A DNA stretch of 64,000 nucleotides from assembly GCA_051418015.1 (NCBI GenBank), contig JBPRGF010000033.1:320001-384000 (forward strand). Reading direction: 5' to 3'. The stretch comes from Candidatus Nitrospinota bacterium M3_3B_026 (lineage in GTDB: Bacteria > Nitrospinota_A > UBA7883 > JBPRGF01). This document shows, piece after piece, positions 10,764-21,236 of the stretch (within the stretch, counting starts at the first letter, position 1; each line of letters opens with the position of its first letter). The notes beneath the pieces were generated by a model that saw nothing but the letters and a program-made list of their open reading frames with translations, was not told the DNA's origin and did not search any database. Both the position numbers and the translations under genes were made by a program.

Positions 10764-11985
10764 CCTTTTCGCCCTCGCCGCGATATTTCTGGCGGGGTGC
10801 GAGGTGTGGCGCGCCTTCCTGGAAAAACCACCGTCCCACCCTCTGGTGAAGGTAGAAGGATTTGACGGCTTCCTGGACGACGACATGGACGCCGCCTCGC
10901 TCCGGATCGCCGCCGAAAGGTCGATAGAGCGCCTGTCCAGGCTTGACCCTGAAACCGTCTTCGACTTCGGCGGGCGCAAGGCCGGACCGGATGCGCTTGC
11001 GGCGTCGTTGAGGCGGCTCGTTGAGATTTTCGAGGAGACGGACGACCCGGCGGAGCGCTCCCGGTTGATAAGGCGCGATTTTGACGTGTACAGGGGAACC
11101 GGCCGGACGGACGGGGGGAACGTCCTCGTGACAGGTTATTTCCAGCCCGTCATAGCCGCCCGCAGAGAGCAGGACGGCAGGTTTCGCTGGCCCGTGTACC
11201 GGCGGCCGAACGACCTTATCACGGCCGACCTCGGCCTTTTTTCCGGCGACCTGCAGGGGCGGCGCATAACCGGCAGGGTGGAGGATGGGAAGCTCGTCCC
11301 CTACTTCGACAGGGAGGCGATAGACCAGGAAGGCGCGCTCTCCGGCAGGGGGCTTGAGGTCGTCTGGGCCGACGATCCCGTCGACGTCTTTTTCCTCCAG
11401 ATCCAGGGCTCCGGGATAGCCCGTCTCGAGAACGGGGAAGAGATATTCCTGAACTATGCCGCCTCCAACGGGCATGATTACCGATCCATCGGGAAGCTCC
11501 TGATTGAAAAAGGCGAGATATCGCGCGAGGCGATGTCTCTTGACGCCATAAGGCGCTGGCTGGAGGAGAACCCTTCGATGGCATGGGATATTCTCTACTC
11601 CAATCCCAGCTACGTATTTTTCAGGGAGATGGCCGACGGCCCTTTCGGCGCGACGGGCGTGAAGCTCGTGTCGGGAAGGAGCGCCGCGTTCGACAAGTCC
11701 CTCTTTCCCCCGCATGCTCTGGCGAGCGTATCGGTACAGGCGCCGGTCGTGGAAAACGGGGCCGTGGCGGGCTGGCGGATGGCGAGGCGGTTCGTTATCA
11801 ACCACGACACCGGCGGGGCCATAAAGGGGCCGGGGCGGATGGACCTTTTCTTCGGCGCGGGCGGGGATGCTGGAACGGCTGCGGGGGTTATGAAGCATCC
11901 GGGGGAGCTTTATTTCATCCTTCTGAAGCCGGAGGCGTTGGCCCGGATGGAGGGCCACCGGCATATGGTAAAATCTGAAAGATAA
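10741..11985 (+). CDS. mltA: Membrane-bound lytic murein transglycosylase A (lipoprotein)
   Basis: LAGC lipobox, TGYFQP, LQIQGSG, NPSYVFF, DTGGAIKG..RMDLFFG. Confidence 0.9.
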   Translation: MWKRVFTSLFALAAIFLAGCEVWRAFLEKPPSHPLVKVEGFDGFLDDDMDAASLRIAAERSIERLSRLDPETVFDFGGRKAGPDALAASLRRLVEIFEETDDPAERSRLIRRDFDVYRGTGRTDGGNVLVTGYFQPVIAARREQDGRFRWPVYRRPNDLITADLGLFSGDLQGRRITGRVEDGKLVPYFDREAIDQEGALSGRGLEVVWADDPVDVFFLQIQGSGIARLENGEEIFLNYAASNGHDYRSIGKLLIEKGEISREAMSLDAIRRWLEENPSMAWDILYSNPSYVFFREMADGPFGATGVKLVSGRSAAFDKSLFPPHALASVSVQAPVVENGAVAGWRMARRFVINHDTGGAIKGPGRMDLFFGAGGDAGTAAGVMKHPGELYFILLKPEALARMEGHRHMVKSER

Positions 11986-12266
11986 TGGTCGTAGGCGTTT
12001 TGAGAGTACATCTGGCGTTGCGCGGCAACCGCTCCCTGAAAGGCAAGAGGCAGGTTGTCCGAAGCATCAAGGATCGGGTAAAAAGCCGGTTCAACGTCTC
12101 CATAGCGGAGGTCGACGGGCATGACGCCCACCAGCGCGCTCTTTTGGGAATAAGCGTGGTGGCCGTCGACGCGCCCCACGCCGACAGCCAGCTCCAGCAG
12201 GCTCTGCGCCTCGTCGCGGAGAGGGCCGAGGTCCTCAGCGCCGACATGGAGCTTTTCAACAGCTGA
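11985..12266 (+). CDS. DUF503 (YlxP-like) protein
   Basis: SLKGKR, RFNVSIAEVD; precedes rbfA. Confidence 0.88.
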   Translation: MVVGVLRVHLALRGNRSLKGKRQVVRSIKDRVKSRFNVSIAEVDGHDAHQRALLGISVVAVDAPHADSQLQQALRLVAERAEVLSADMELFNS

Positions 12267-12326
12267 GGCGTCCGGTTTTTCACCGTCAGCGCGCAAGAGC
12301 GGCGCGGCTCATTTTCGGAGGGGATC

Positions 12327-12716
12327 ATGCGAAAAAGCTTCCACCGGGCCGACAGGGTCTCCGAGGAGATCATGAAGGAGGTCTCGAACATAATCCGCGA
12401 CGACATGAAAGACCCGCGCCTGGGGATGGTCTCCATCACCAGGGTGGAGCTTTCCCGGGATCTGCGCCACGCCAAGGTGTTCATATCCGTCCTCGGCTCC
12501 GGGGAGGAGCGGGACTCGTCCATGAGCGTCCTGCGCAACGGGACGGGTTTTATACGAAAGCTTATCGGCAGGCGAATGAGGCTCAAGGCGCCGCCGGAGC
12601 TGATATTCAAGGCCGATGACTCCATAGAGCGCAGCGCGAGGATAAACGAGATACTCAAAAAAGTCGGCGCGGACGAGCCGCCCGCAAAAGACGCGGAAGA
12701 GGACGAGGACTCGTGA
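12327..12716 (+). CDS. rbfA: Ribosome-binding factor A
   Basis: KDPRLG, SRDLRHAKVF, PELIF..DDS. Confidence 0.95.
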   Translation: MRKSFHRADRVSEEIMKEVSNIIRDDMKDPRLGMVSITRVELSRDLRHAKVFISVLGSGEERDSSMSVLRNGTGFIRKLIGRRMRLKAPPELIFKADDSIERSARINEILKKVGADEPPAKDAEEDEDS

Positions 12717-12809
12717 CCTGCGCGTTTTTCGGATTAAAGCTTCCATCGGGCGGCCCGATGCTATACAATCCTTCCCTTTCCTTTTTGAGGTGGTGTCGCG
12801 GGAAAAATC

Positions 12810-12897
12810 GGGATGCTTCACTTCGTTCAGCATGACATCGCAAGGCGCGTTGGCGCTGGCCGCGCGTTGTCATTCTGAGGCGGAGCCGAAGAATCCC
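12810..12897. repeat. REP-like palindromic repeat copy 1 (arms in swapped order)
   Basis: GGGATGCTTCACTTCGTTCAGCATGAC ... GTCATTCTGAGGCGGAGCCGAAGAATCCC; homologous to 13936-14015 and 53186-53266. Confidence 0.85.
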
Positions 12898-12951
12898 GGT
12901 CGATTGTTTTTGCGATATCCCGTTTAACGTCTATATTCAAGATTGAGGCCC

Positions 12952-13863
12952 ATGGAAGGATTTTTGAACGTAAACAAGCCGGATGGGATTACCTCCGCCG
13001 AGGTCATCCGCGAGATAAAAAGAGCCATAAGGCCCGGCAAGATCGGCTACCTCGGCACGCTGGACCCCATCGCGACGGGGGTGCTGCCGGTCGGCCTTGG
13101 CAGGGCCACGAGGCTGTTCCATTTCATGGAGGGGCAGGATAAAGAGTATGACGTCGTAATGACACTCGGCGCTTCCACGGATACGCAGGACAGAACGGGC
13201 CGGGTGACCGAGGAGGCGGACCCTTCCGCCGTCACGGCGGATATGGTGAAGGAGGTCATGTCCGGCTTTGTGGGCGAGATAGAGCAGATCCCCCCCATGT
13301 TCTCCGCCAAGAAGATAGGAGGCGAGAGGCTTTACGACCTTGCCCGGCAGGGGATAGAGGTGGAGCGCGAGCCGATAAAAGCCACCATCTACAGGATGGA
13401 GTTCGAGGGCAAGGAGGGGCCGAACGTCCGTTTCAGGGTGAGGCTCTCCACGGGGGCCTACGTCCGCACCCTGTGCCACGACATGGGCGAGCGGCTGGGC
13501 GTTCACGCCCATATGGCGGAGCTTGTCAGGACGCGCTCGGGAGGATTCAGGATAGAGGGTTCAATCCCCCTCGACGATATCACGAGAGAGAACATCGACA
13601 AGGTTAAGGCCAGCCTCATCCCCCTGGCGGAGGGTCTTTCCCACCTTTCGCGGGCCGTCATCATCCCCCACGCCGCGGAGAGGCTGAAAAACGGGATGTC
13701 CATCGGCGTGGCGGATGTTATCGACTTCGACAGGGCGGAGGGGACGGACCTGGTCCGCGTCGTCGGCAAGGACGGCGCGCTCCTTGCCGTGGGGGCCATG
13801 GAAGGGCCGCCGCTCGCCGGGTTTCCCTTCTCGCTGATCAAGCCGAAAAGGGTCCTGGCGTAA
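12952..13863 (+). CDS. truB: tRNA pseudouridine(55) synthase
   Basis: NKPDG, GYLGTLDPIATGVL, PPMFSAKK, GAYVRTL. Confidence 0.95.
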   Translation: MEGFLNVNKPDGITSAEVIREIKRAIRPGKIGYLGTLDPIATGVLPVGLGRATRLFHFMEGQDKEYDVVMTLGASTDTQDRTGRVTEEADPSAVTADMVKEVMSGFVGEIEQIPPMFSAKKIGGERLYDLARQGIEVEREPIKATIYRMEFEGKEGPNVRFRVRLSTGAYVRTLCHDMGERLGVHAHMAELVRTRSGGFRIEGSIPLDDITRENIDKVKASLIPLAEGLSHLSRAVIIPHAAERLKNGMSIGVADVIDFDRAEGTDLVRVVGKDGALLAVGAMEGPPLAGFPFSLIKPKRVLA

Positions 13864-13935
13864 GACATGGGCCGCCGCGTCGTCGTAAGGATTGCCTCCC
13901 CGACGCTGACAACCTCAAAAATCCTCTCGCCTGTT

Positions 13936-14015
13936 GTCATTCTGAGGCGAAGCCGAAGAATCCCGCTGGGCTCGATATGGGGCGCACGGGATGCTTCGCT
14001 GGCGCTCAGCATGAC
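13936..14015. repeat. REP-like palindromic repeat copy 2
   Basis: GTCATTCTGAGGCGAAGCCGAAGAATCCC-spacer-GGGATGCTTCGCTGGCGCTCAGCATGAC between convergent genes. Confidence 0.88.
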
Positions 14016-14077
14016 ATCGGCGGTTGCGCGTGAGGCCCTGAAACGAATTCAGGACGACAGAGCCGGGATCGAAGCCG

Positions 14078-16789
14078 TCAGATGAAGCGCGGCGCCTCCA
14101 GCAACAGCCTTCTCACCTTGGGGATGAAGGTGTTGATCGAAAGAGGCTTGTAGAGAACGTCGTTCACCCCCATCCTGAAAGCCTTCTCGCTTGTCTCCTC
14201 CTCGTTGTCTATGGTGACCACCACCACGGGTATGGACCTCATCTCCGGGTTCTCCTTCAGCCTGCGCAGAAGCTCGAACCCGTCCATGACCGGCATTATG
14301 ATGTCCAGCAGTATGATATGAGGCTTTTTCTCGTTCAGGATGGCCGCGGCCTTTTTCCCGTTCTCCGCCTCCAGCACTTCCATGTCCATCTTCTCCAGCA
14401 GCCCCTTGAGGGTGTGGCGGATGGTCTCGTCGTCGTCCACCACCAGGACGACCGGGCGCGCCGGGGGAAGCTCCGCTATGAACAGGCAGCCCTCTCCCTC
14501 CTTCGACTCCACCTTCAAAGACCCGCCGTGGGCCTCCATTATGTCGTGGCAGAAAGGAAGCCCCAGCCCCGTCCCCTTCTCACCGGCGGTGCCGCGGCCG
14601 CTGGTCTTGACCTCGTGCTTGAAGATGTCCGGCATCATCTCCTGAGCTATTCCCACGCCGGTGTCCTTCACGGCTATGGCGAAGTCGTTGTCCGGCGGGG
14701 TGAAGAGGGTGATCCTGTCCCCGTTGCGGCAGAACTTTATGGCGTTGGCGGCAAGGTTCAGGATCACCTCGCCGAAAAGGTCCGGGTCGGCGCAGAGCCG
14801 CAGGCCCTTCGGGACGTTGTTCTCCAGCGTTATCCCCTTCTTCTCAGCGGCGTGGGAAAGGTTCCTGACGACGAAATAGGCTATGCCGCGCCCGTCGATG
14901 AACTTTTTGTCCAGCCGGATCCTGCCGGTCCGGAGCCTGGTTATGTTCAACAGGCGGTCGATCAGGTTCAGCAGACCTTCGAGGTTGCGCCGGGCGGCGG
15001 CCAGCTCTTTTTTGTGTTTTTCGCTCAAGGGGTCCGTCCCGTCCGCCGTGACGGCGTCCAGAAAGCCTATGACCGTCGCCATGGGAGAGCGCAGGTCATG
15101 GGTAACCAGCGAGACGAACTTGTCCTTCAGCTCCGTGGCCTTTTCGGCCTTTTCCTTTGCCTCGCGCAGGGCGTCCTGCGCCCTCTTGCGCTCCGTGGCG
15201 CGGCCAAGCTGCGTGGCGACGCCCGCGAGAGCGTCGAGAAGCGACTGGTCAGGAGCCGCCTCCACTGTGGTGAAAAACTCCAGCACCGCCGTCACCTTGT
15301 CGCCCTCCAGCACCGGGAAGGCGAACCCGCCCTTCACGCCGAGCTCCCAGACCTTCCGGGCCCGGGGGAAGTTCGAATCCTTCAGCACGTCGGTGATCCA
15401 TTCCACCCGGCCGCTTTCAAAGACCCTGCCGGGCAGCCCTTCGCCTGGCTGGAAGACGGTCTCCATCGTCACGTCGATGAAGACGCCGAACCTCTCCTGA
15501 TCCTTGACACACCAAAGCCCCGCCGGGGCCAGCGTATTCTCTGGGGTGACAATGTAGACGTGCCCCACCTCCCAGCCGGTATACCGGCATATCCTGTCCA
15601 GGCAGGCGCGCATCGCGTCGTCGACGGTGGGCGACTCGTTGGCGGCGATGGTGATCTCCTGCTGCAGATGGATAAGCTCCGCTCTCCGGCGAAGCTCGTC
15701 CTCGGCCTTCTTGCGGCCGGTTATGTCGTGGAACGCCACCACAGTCCCGGTTATCTCCACGTCTTCCGCCACGATCGGCGAGCAGGTGAGCGATATGGGG
15801 AATAGGGTCCCGTCCTTTTTCGTGTAGATGTCCTCGACGACGCGCTGAACCTCGCCGGTTTTAAGGGTCTTGTATATCGCGCAGTTCTCGAAAGGGTTTT
15901 CGGAGCCGTCGGGTTTCTGGAAGTGAACCACGTCGTGGACGCTCTTGCCCAGGAACTCATCCTCGCTCCAGCCGGTCAGCCGCTCCGCCTCCGGGTTCAT
16001 GAAGACCAGCCGCCCGGCCTTGTCCGTGACGTACACCCCCTCGCCCAGGGCGGCGGTTATGTCACGAAGCCTTTTTTCGTTTTCAACCAGTTTGCGCGCC
16101 TTTTCCTCCACCCGGCGCGACATGGGCCTGAAAATGAACAGGTCTTCGCCGATCAGCACGAAGATGATGACACCCAGCGCCCCCATCCCAAGGAGCCTCA
16201 TCCTGTAAACCTTCTCCTCGTTCTCCCCCTGGTACTGGGCCGTGAGGGTCTCCAGCGCCTCCAGCAGCTCCGCGTCCGCCGCTTTCAGGACGCTTTTCAG
16301 ATGCGTGTTCTCCGGTGTTAAAAGACTGTCCGGCTCCCGCGCCAGCGCCCGCAGGTCCGCGATGAACTGCCGCACGTTTTTCTCCAGTTGAACGGGCTTT
16401 TCGAAAAATATCCGCCGAACGGCCCGCGACGGCGATCCAGGCAGGCCAAGCTCAGGGTCGCCCATTATCAGCTTCGCGTGGGATGTCTCCATCTCGTCGG
16501 CTGTCTCCAGAAGCTTGGCGCGAAACTCTTTTCTCTCCCCGGCGCTTTCCGCCTCCGCGAGGTTGTGGGCGTAAAAGGCCGCGCGCTGAGACAGCATCCG
16601 CTGGCGTCCGCTCACGTTCACCATCGCGGCATTGGCGGTTTGAATTTTTATCACCATGTAGAGACCGGCGTAGCCGGCACAGGATATTACAGCGATCAAA
16701 ACGAGGGCGAACAGGTAGTTGCGCTTGATGATGGAGTGGAAGCTCTTGTGGTTCGATGTTCCGGACAAGCTGGATTTACTGTTTATCAT
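14078..16789 (-). CDS. Hybrid sensor kinase: PilJ/NarX-like periplasmic domain, PAS, GAF, HisKA, HATPase, REC
   Basis: TM-VNVSGRQRMLSQR-TM; MNPEAERLTGW (PAS); GEGLPGRV (GAF); THDLRSP; GTGLGL; VVDDD..LLDIIMP..KP. Confidence 0.9.
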   Translation of the reverse strand: MINSKSSLSGTSNHKSFHSIIKRNYLFALVLIAVISCAGYAGLYMVIKIQTANAAMVNVSGRQRMLSQRAAFYAHNLAEAESAGERKEFRAKLLETADEMETSHAKLIMGDPELGLPGSPSRAVRRIFFEKPVQLEKNVRQFIADLRALAREPDSLLTPENTHLKSVLKAADAELLEALETLTAQYQGENEEKVYRMRLLGMGALGVIIFVLIGEDLFIFRPMSRRVEEKARKLVENEKRLRDITAALGEGVYVTDKAGRLVFMNPEAERLTGWSEDEFLGKSVHDVVHFQKPDGSENPFENCAIYKTLKTGEVQRVVEDIYTKKDGTLFPISLTCSPIVAEDVEITGTVVAFHDITGRKKAEDELRRRAELIHLQQEITIAANESPTVDDAMRACLDRICRYTGWEVGHVYIVTPENTLAPAGLWCVKDQERFGVFIDVTMETVFQPGEGLPGRVFESGRVEWITDVLKDSNFPRARKVWELGVKGGFAFPVLEGDKVTAVLEFFTTVEAAPDQSLLDALAGVATQLGRATERKRAQDALREAKEKAEKATELKDKFVSLVTHDLRSPMATVIGFLDAVTADGTDPLSEKHKKELAAARRNLEGLLNLIDRLLNITRLRTGRIRLDKKFIDGRGIAYFVVRNLSHAAEKKGITLENNVPKGLRLCADPDLFGEVILNLAANAIKFCRNGDRITLFTPPDNDFAIAVKDTGVGIAQEMMPDIFKHEVKTSGRGTAGEKGTGLGLPFCHDIMEAHGGSLKVESKEGEGCLFIAELPPARPVVLVVDDDETIRHTLKGLLEKMDMEVLEAENGKKAAAILNEKKPHIILLDIIMPVMDGFELLRRLKENPEMRSIPVVVVTIDNEEETSEKAFRMGVNDVLYKPLSINTFIPKVRRLLLEAPRFI

Positions 16790-16968
16790 GGATTATATTG
16801 GGCCATTCTGAAGATGCCCCCCCTCTTAAAAGTACAACCTAAACTTATTATAGACATTAAACATCGTTTTCTCAAGAAAACGTCGAATGTCCGGGCGAGC
16901 TGATGGTAATATAAAATATATCATCTCGTATATTTATCTCCTTGCTTGCGCCGCTCCTCCATCACGCC

Positions 16969-16997
16969 TTGACAGCGCGGGCGGCTGGGCCTAGGAT
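16969..16997 (+). promoter_or_regulatory. Sigma70-type promoter of yifB
   Basis: TTGACA-17-TAGGAT. Confidence 0.65.
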
Positions 16998-17023
16998 TTA
17001 TCCTCTGAAAGGGGCCGGAAAAG

Positions 17024-18553
17024 ATGGCAGTGTCCAGGGCGGCGAGCGGGGCCGTATACGGCGTAAACGCCTACCTCGTGGAGGTGGAGGCGGACCTGCG
17101 GCCTGGGGTGGTCTCCTACTCCACCGTCGGCCTGCCGGACACGGCTGTGCGCGAGTCGCAGAACAGGGTTCTCGCCGCGCTGGAGAACGCCGGCTTCGAG
17201 CCGCCGATCAAGAGGATAACCGTCAACCTGGCCCCGGCGGACCTTCGCAAGGAAGGGTCCGCGTTCGACCTGCCGATCGCCGTGGCCATCCTGAAGGCCG
17301 AGGAGGTATTGAGCGCCTCCCTCGATGACGTCATGATATGCGGCGAGCTTGCCCTGGACGGGCGGGTGAAGCCGATCCGCGGCGTCCTGCCGCTTGCCAT
17401 GCTGGCGAAGGAGCGCAAGGTAAAGCGCCTGATCGTCCCCCGGGCGAACGTTGGCGAGGCGGCGGTCGTGGAGGGGGTGGATGTCATCGGCGTGGAGTCC
17501 CTTCCCCAAGTCGTCCAATACCTGCGCGGCGAGGAGGAGATAGAGCCCGCCAGGGTGGATATAGGCGAGCTTTTCCGGATGGACGGCAGCTACGGGTTCG
17601 ACTTTTCCGAGGTGAAGGGGCAGGCGGGAGTCAAGCGGGCGCTGGAGGTCGCCGCCGCGGGTGGGCACAACGTCATCATGATCGGCCCGCCGGGGTCTGG
17701 CAAGTCGATGATGGCCAGGCGGATGGTGACGATCCTGCCGGATATTTCATTCGATGAAGCGATCGAGACCACCAGGATACACTCGGTCTCCGGCAAGTTG
17801 CCGGGCGGCGAGGCGCTGGTGACCCGCCGTCCATTCCGTTCGCCGCACCATACCATATCCGACGCGGGCCTGATCGGCGGCGGGGCCGTCCCTGCGCCGG
17901 GGGAGGTGTCGCTTGCCCATAACGGTGTGCTTTTCCTGGACGAGCTGCCGGAGTTCCGGCGCAACGTGCTGGAGGCGATGCGCCAGCCGCTGGAGGACGG
18001 GAGCGTCACGATATCCCGCTCGGCCATGTCGGTCACGTTCCCCAGCCGTTTCACCCTGGCCGCCGCCATGAACCCCTGCCCCTGCGGATACTACACCGAC
18101 CCGGAGAAGGAATGCCTGTGCACCGGGCTGATGATCCGCAAATACAAGAGCAGGATATCAGGCCCTCTGATGGACAGGATCGACATACACATAGAGGCCC
18201 CGGCGGTGAAATACCAGGAGATGATGTCCGGCGCCGAGGGGGAGCCCTCCGCGGCCATCAGGGAGAGGGTGAACGCGGCGCGGCGGCGGCAGGCGGAGAG
18301 GCTGGCGGGGGAGGGGATATACTCCAACGCCTCGATGACATCGAAAATGGTCAAAAAGCACGTCCCCCTCGACTCGGCGTCGAAAGCGATATTGAAAGCC
18401 GCCGTGGAAAGGCTGAAGCTCTCCGCCAGGGCGCACGAGAAGATATTGAAGGTCTCCCGCACCATAGCAGACCTTGCAGGGGAACCCTCCGTCCGCCCGG
18501 AACACGTCGCCGAGGCTGTGCAGTACCGCTCGCTGGACAGGGAGGTTTTTTGA
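17024..18553 (+). CDS. comM: YifB/ComM family Mg-chelatase-like AAA ATPase
   Basis: VGLPD, NLAPADLRKEG, GPPGSGKS, PFRSPHH, LFLDELPEF, NPCPCG. Confidence 0.9.
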   Translation: MAVSRAASGAVYGVNAYLVEVEADLRPGVVSYSTVGLPDTAVRESQNRVLAALENAGFEPPIKRITVNLAPADLRKEGSAFDLPIAVAILKAEEVLSASLDDVMICGELALDGRVKPIRGVLPLAMLAKERKVKRLIVPRANVGEAAVVEGVDVIGVESLPQVVQYLRGEEEIEPARVDIGELFRMDGSYGFDFSEVKGQAGVKRALEVAAAGGHNVIMIGPPGSGKSMMARRMVTILPDISFDEAIETTRIHSVSGKLPGGEALVTRRPFRSPHHTISDAGLIGGGAVPAPGEVSLAHNGVLFLDELPEFRRNVLEAMRQPLEDGSVTISRSAMSVTFPSRFTLAAAMNPCPCGYYTDPEKECLCTGLMIRKYKSRISGPLMDRIDIHIEAPAVKYQEMMSGAEGEPSAAIRERVNAARRRQAERLAGEGIYSNASMTSKMVKKHVPLDSASKAILKAAVERLKLSARAHEKILKVSRTIADLAGEPSVRPEHVAEAVQYRSLDREVF

Positions 18554-18592
18554 GATAAGACCGCCCCGCCGCCGTGGAAGGGTTTTTTTGAT

Positions 18593-18640
18593 TTGCAAAA
18601 ATCTTTGTCTTTTGACATAATTTTTAACTTTCGTGATAAT
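18593..18640 (+). promoter_or_regulatory. Tandem sigma70 promoters of rplU-rpmA-obgE
   Basis: TTGCAA-17-CATAAT (18593-18621) and TTGACA-17-GATAAT (18612-18640). Confidence 0.65.
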
Positions 18641-18699
18641 AATTCATCGTGGCCAGTCATGCTGGCCGCGTATCATTGACGGAAGGAGGAAAAGCGGCG

Positions 18700-19039
18700 A
18701 TGTTCGCTGTTGTTAAATCCGGAGGCAAGCAGCAAAAGGTCGAGAAAGGAGACGTCATCACCGTTGAGAGGATGACGGGCGAGGTGGGCGCCTCGGTTGA
18801 GCTTGGGCCTGTGCTGATGGCCGGAGGCGGGAAAAAGGGTGTCCAGGCTGGAACGCCGGAGCTTGCGGGCGTGAAGGTGACAGCGGAAATACTTTCCCAC
18901 GGCAAGGGGAGGAAGATCACCATAATAAAAAGCCGGCGCAGGAAGCATTCCCGCGAGAAGATGGGACATCGCCAGCTCCTTACGAGCCTGAAGATAACGG
19001 ACATAAAAGAGACGCGCAAGACGGGAGGCGGGTTGAAGG

Positions 19040-19050
<11 letters not shown>
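18700..19050 (+). CDS. rplU: 50S ribosomal protein L21
   Basis: [11 protein letters not shown] ... GHRQ; AAGGAGG RBS. Confidence 0.95.
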
Positions 19051-20420
<1,370 letters not shown>

Positions 20421-20458
20421 CGCCACGGCCTGACCGGCGGCGTCAAGGGAGTGAAACG

Positions 20459-21223
20459 TTACGCTCCGCGGGAGACGATGTAGAAGGCCACAGCCGCCGC
20501 GGAGGCGACGTTGAGGGAGTCGACGCCGGGGCTCATCGGGATGCGGGCGGACGCGCCGCATTTTCTCTTCACCAGAGGGCGGACGCCTGTTCCCTCGCCG
20601 CCGAGGACCACGCCCACAGGCCCGGTGGGCGCGCTCGAAAACTCATCATCAGCGCCATTGTCCAAGGCCGTGGTCCAGAAACCCTCGGCCCGGAGCCTGT
20701 CGACCGCCCCGGCGATGTTCGTGACGCGGCATATGCTGAAACGCTCGCCCATCCCCGCTGAGGCCTTGGCGGCGGCAGGGGTGTACGAGGCGGCCCTGTG
20801 GCGCGGGATTATCACGCCGTCGAAGCCGAAGGCGGCGGCGGACCGTATGATCGCCCCCAGGTTGCGCGGATCCATCACACCGTCGAGAACAGCCAGGAGC
20901 GGCCTGCCAGAGCGCGGCTTTTCGATGGATCGTTCGAGGAGGTTTTCGAAATTCGCGTAGGCGTATGGCGTCACGATGGCTGCGACGCCCTGGCTTCCCT
21001 CGGCCCCCGCTGCCTTCGCCACGGCGTCCATGCCGACAAACTCCACGGGGATTTTACGTCTGCCAGCAAGGTCGAGAATACGCCGGACGGCTTTCGATCC
21101 GGCCGCGCCCTTCTTGACCAGCAGTTTGTGTACCTTGCGCCTGCCGGCCGTGATGGCCTCCATGACGGGGTTCACGCCGTACAGGGCCTCCAGCTCCTTC
21201 GTTTCCCGACGGCCTCGTTTCAT
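20459..21223 (-). CDS. rlmB: 23S rRNA Gm2251 methyltransferase
   Basis: DPRNLGAIIRSA, GGEGTG, IPM..SLNVA; follows cysS. Confidence 0.9.
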   Translation of the reverse strand: MKRGRRETKELEALYGVNPVMEAITAGRRKVHKLLVKKGAAGSKAVRRILDLAGRRKIPVEFVGMDAVAKAAGAEGSQGVAAIVTPYAYANFENLLERSIEKPRSGRPLLAVLDGVMDPRNLGAIIRSAAAFGFDGVIIPRHRAASYTPAAAKASAGMGERFSICRVTNIAGAVDRLRAEGFWTTALDNGADDEFSSAPTGPVGVVLGGEGTGVRPLVKRKCGASARIPMSPGVDSLNVASAAAVAFYIVSRGA

Positions 21224-21236
21224 CGGAGGGTGGCTG

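Noticed and set aside
12655..14085. Short ORFs 12655-12873, 13867-14085 and 53196-53528
   Set aside because: They are translations of palindromic repeats or antisense frames
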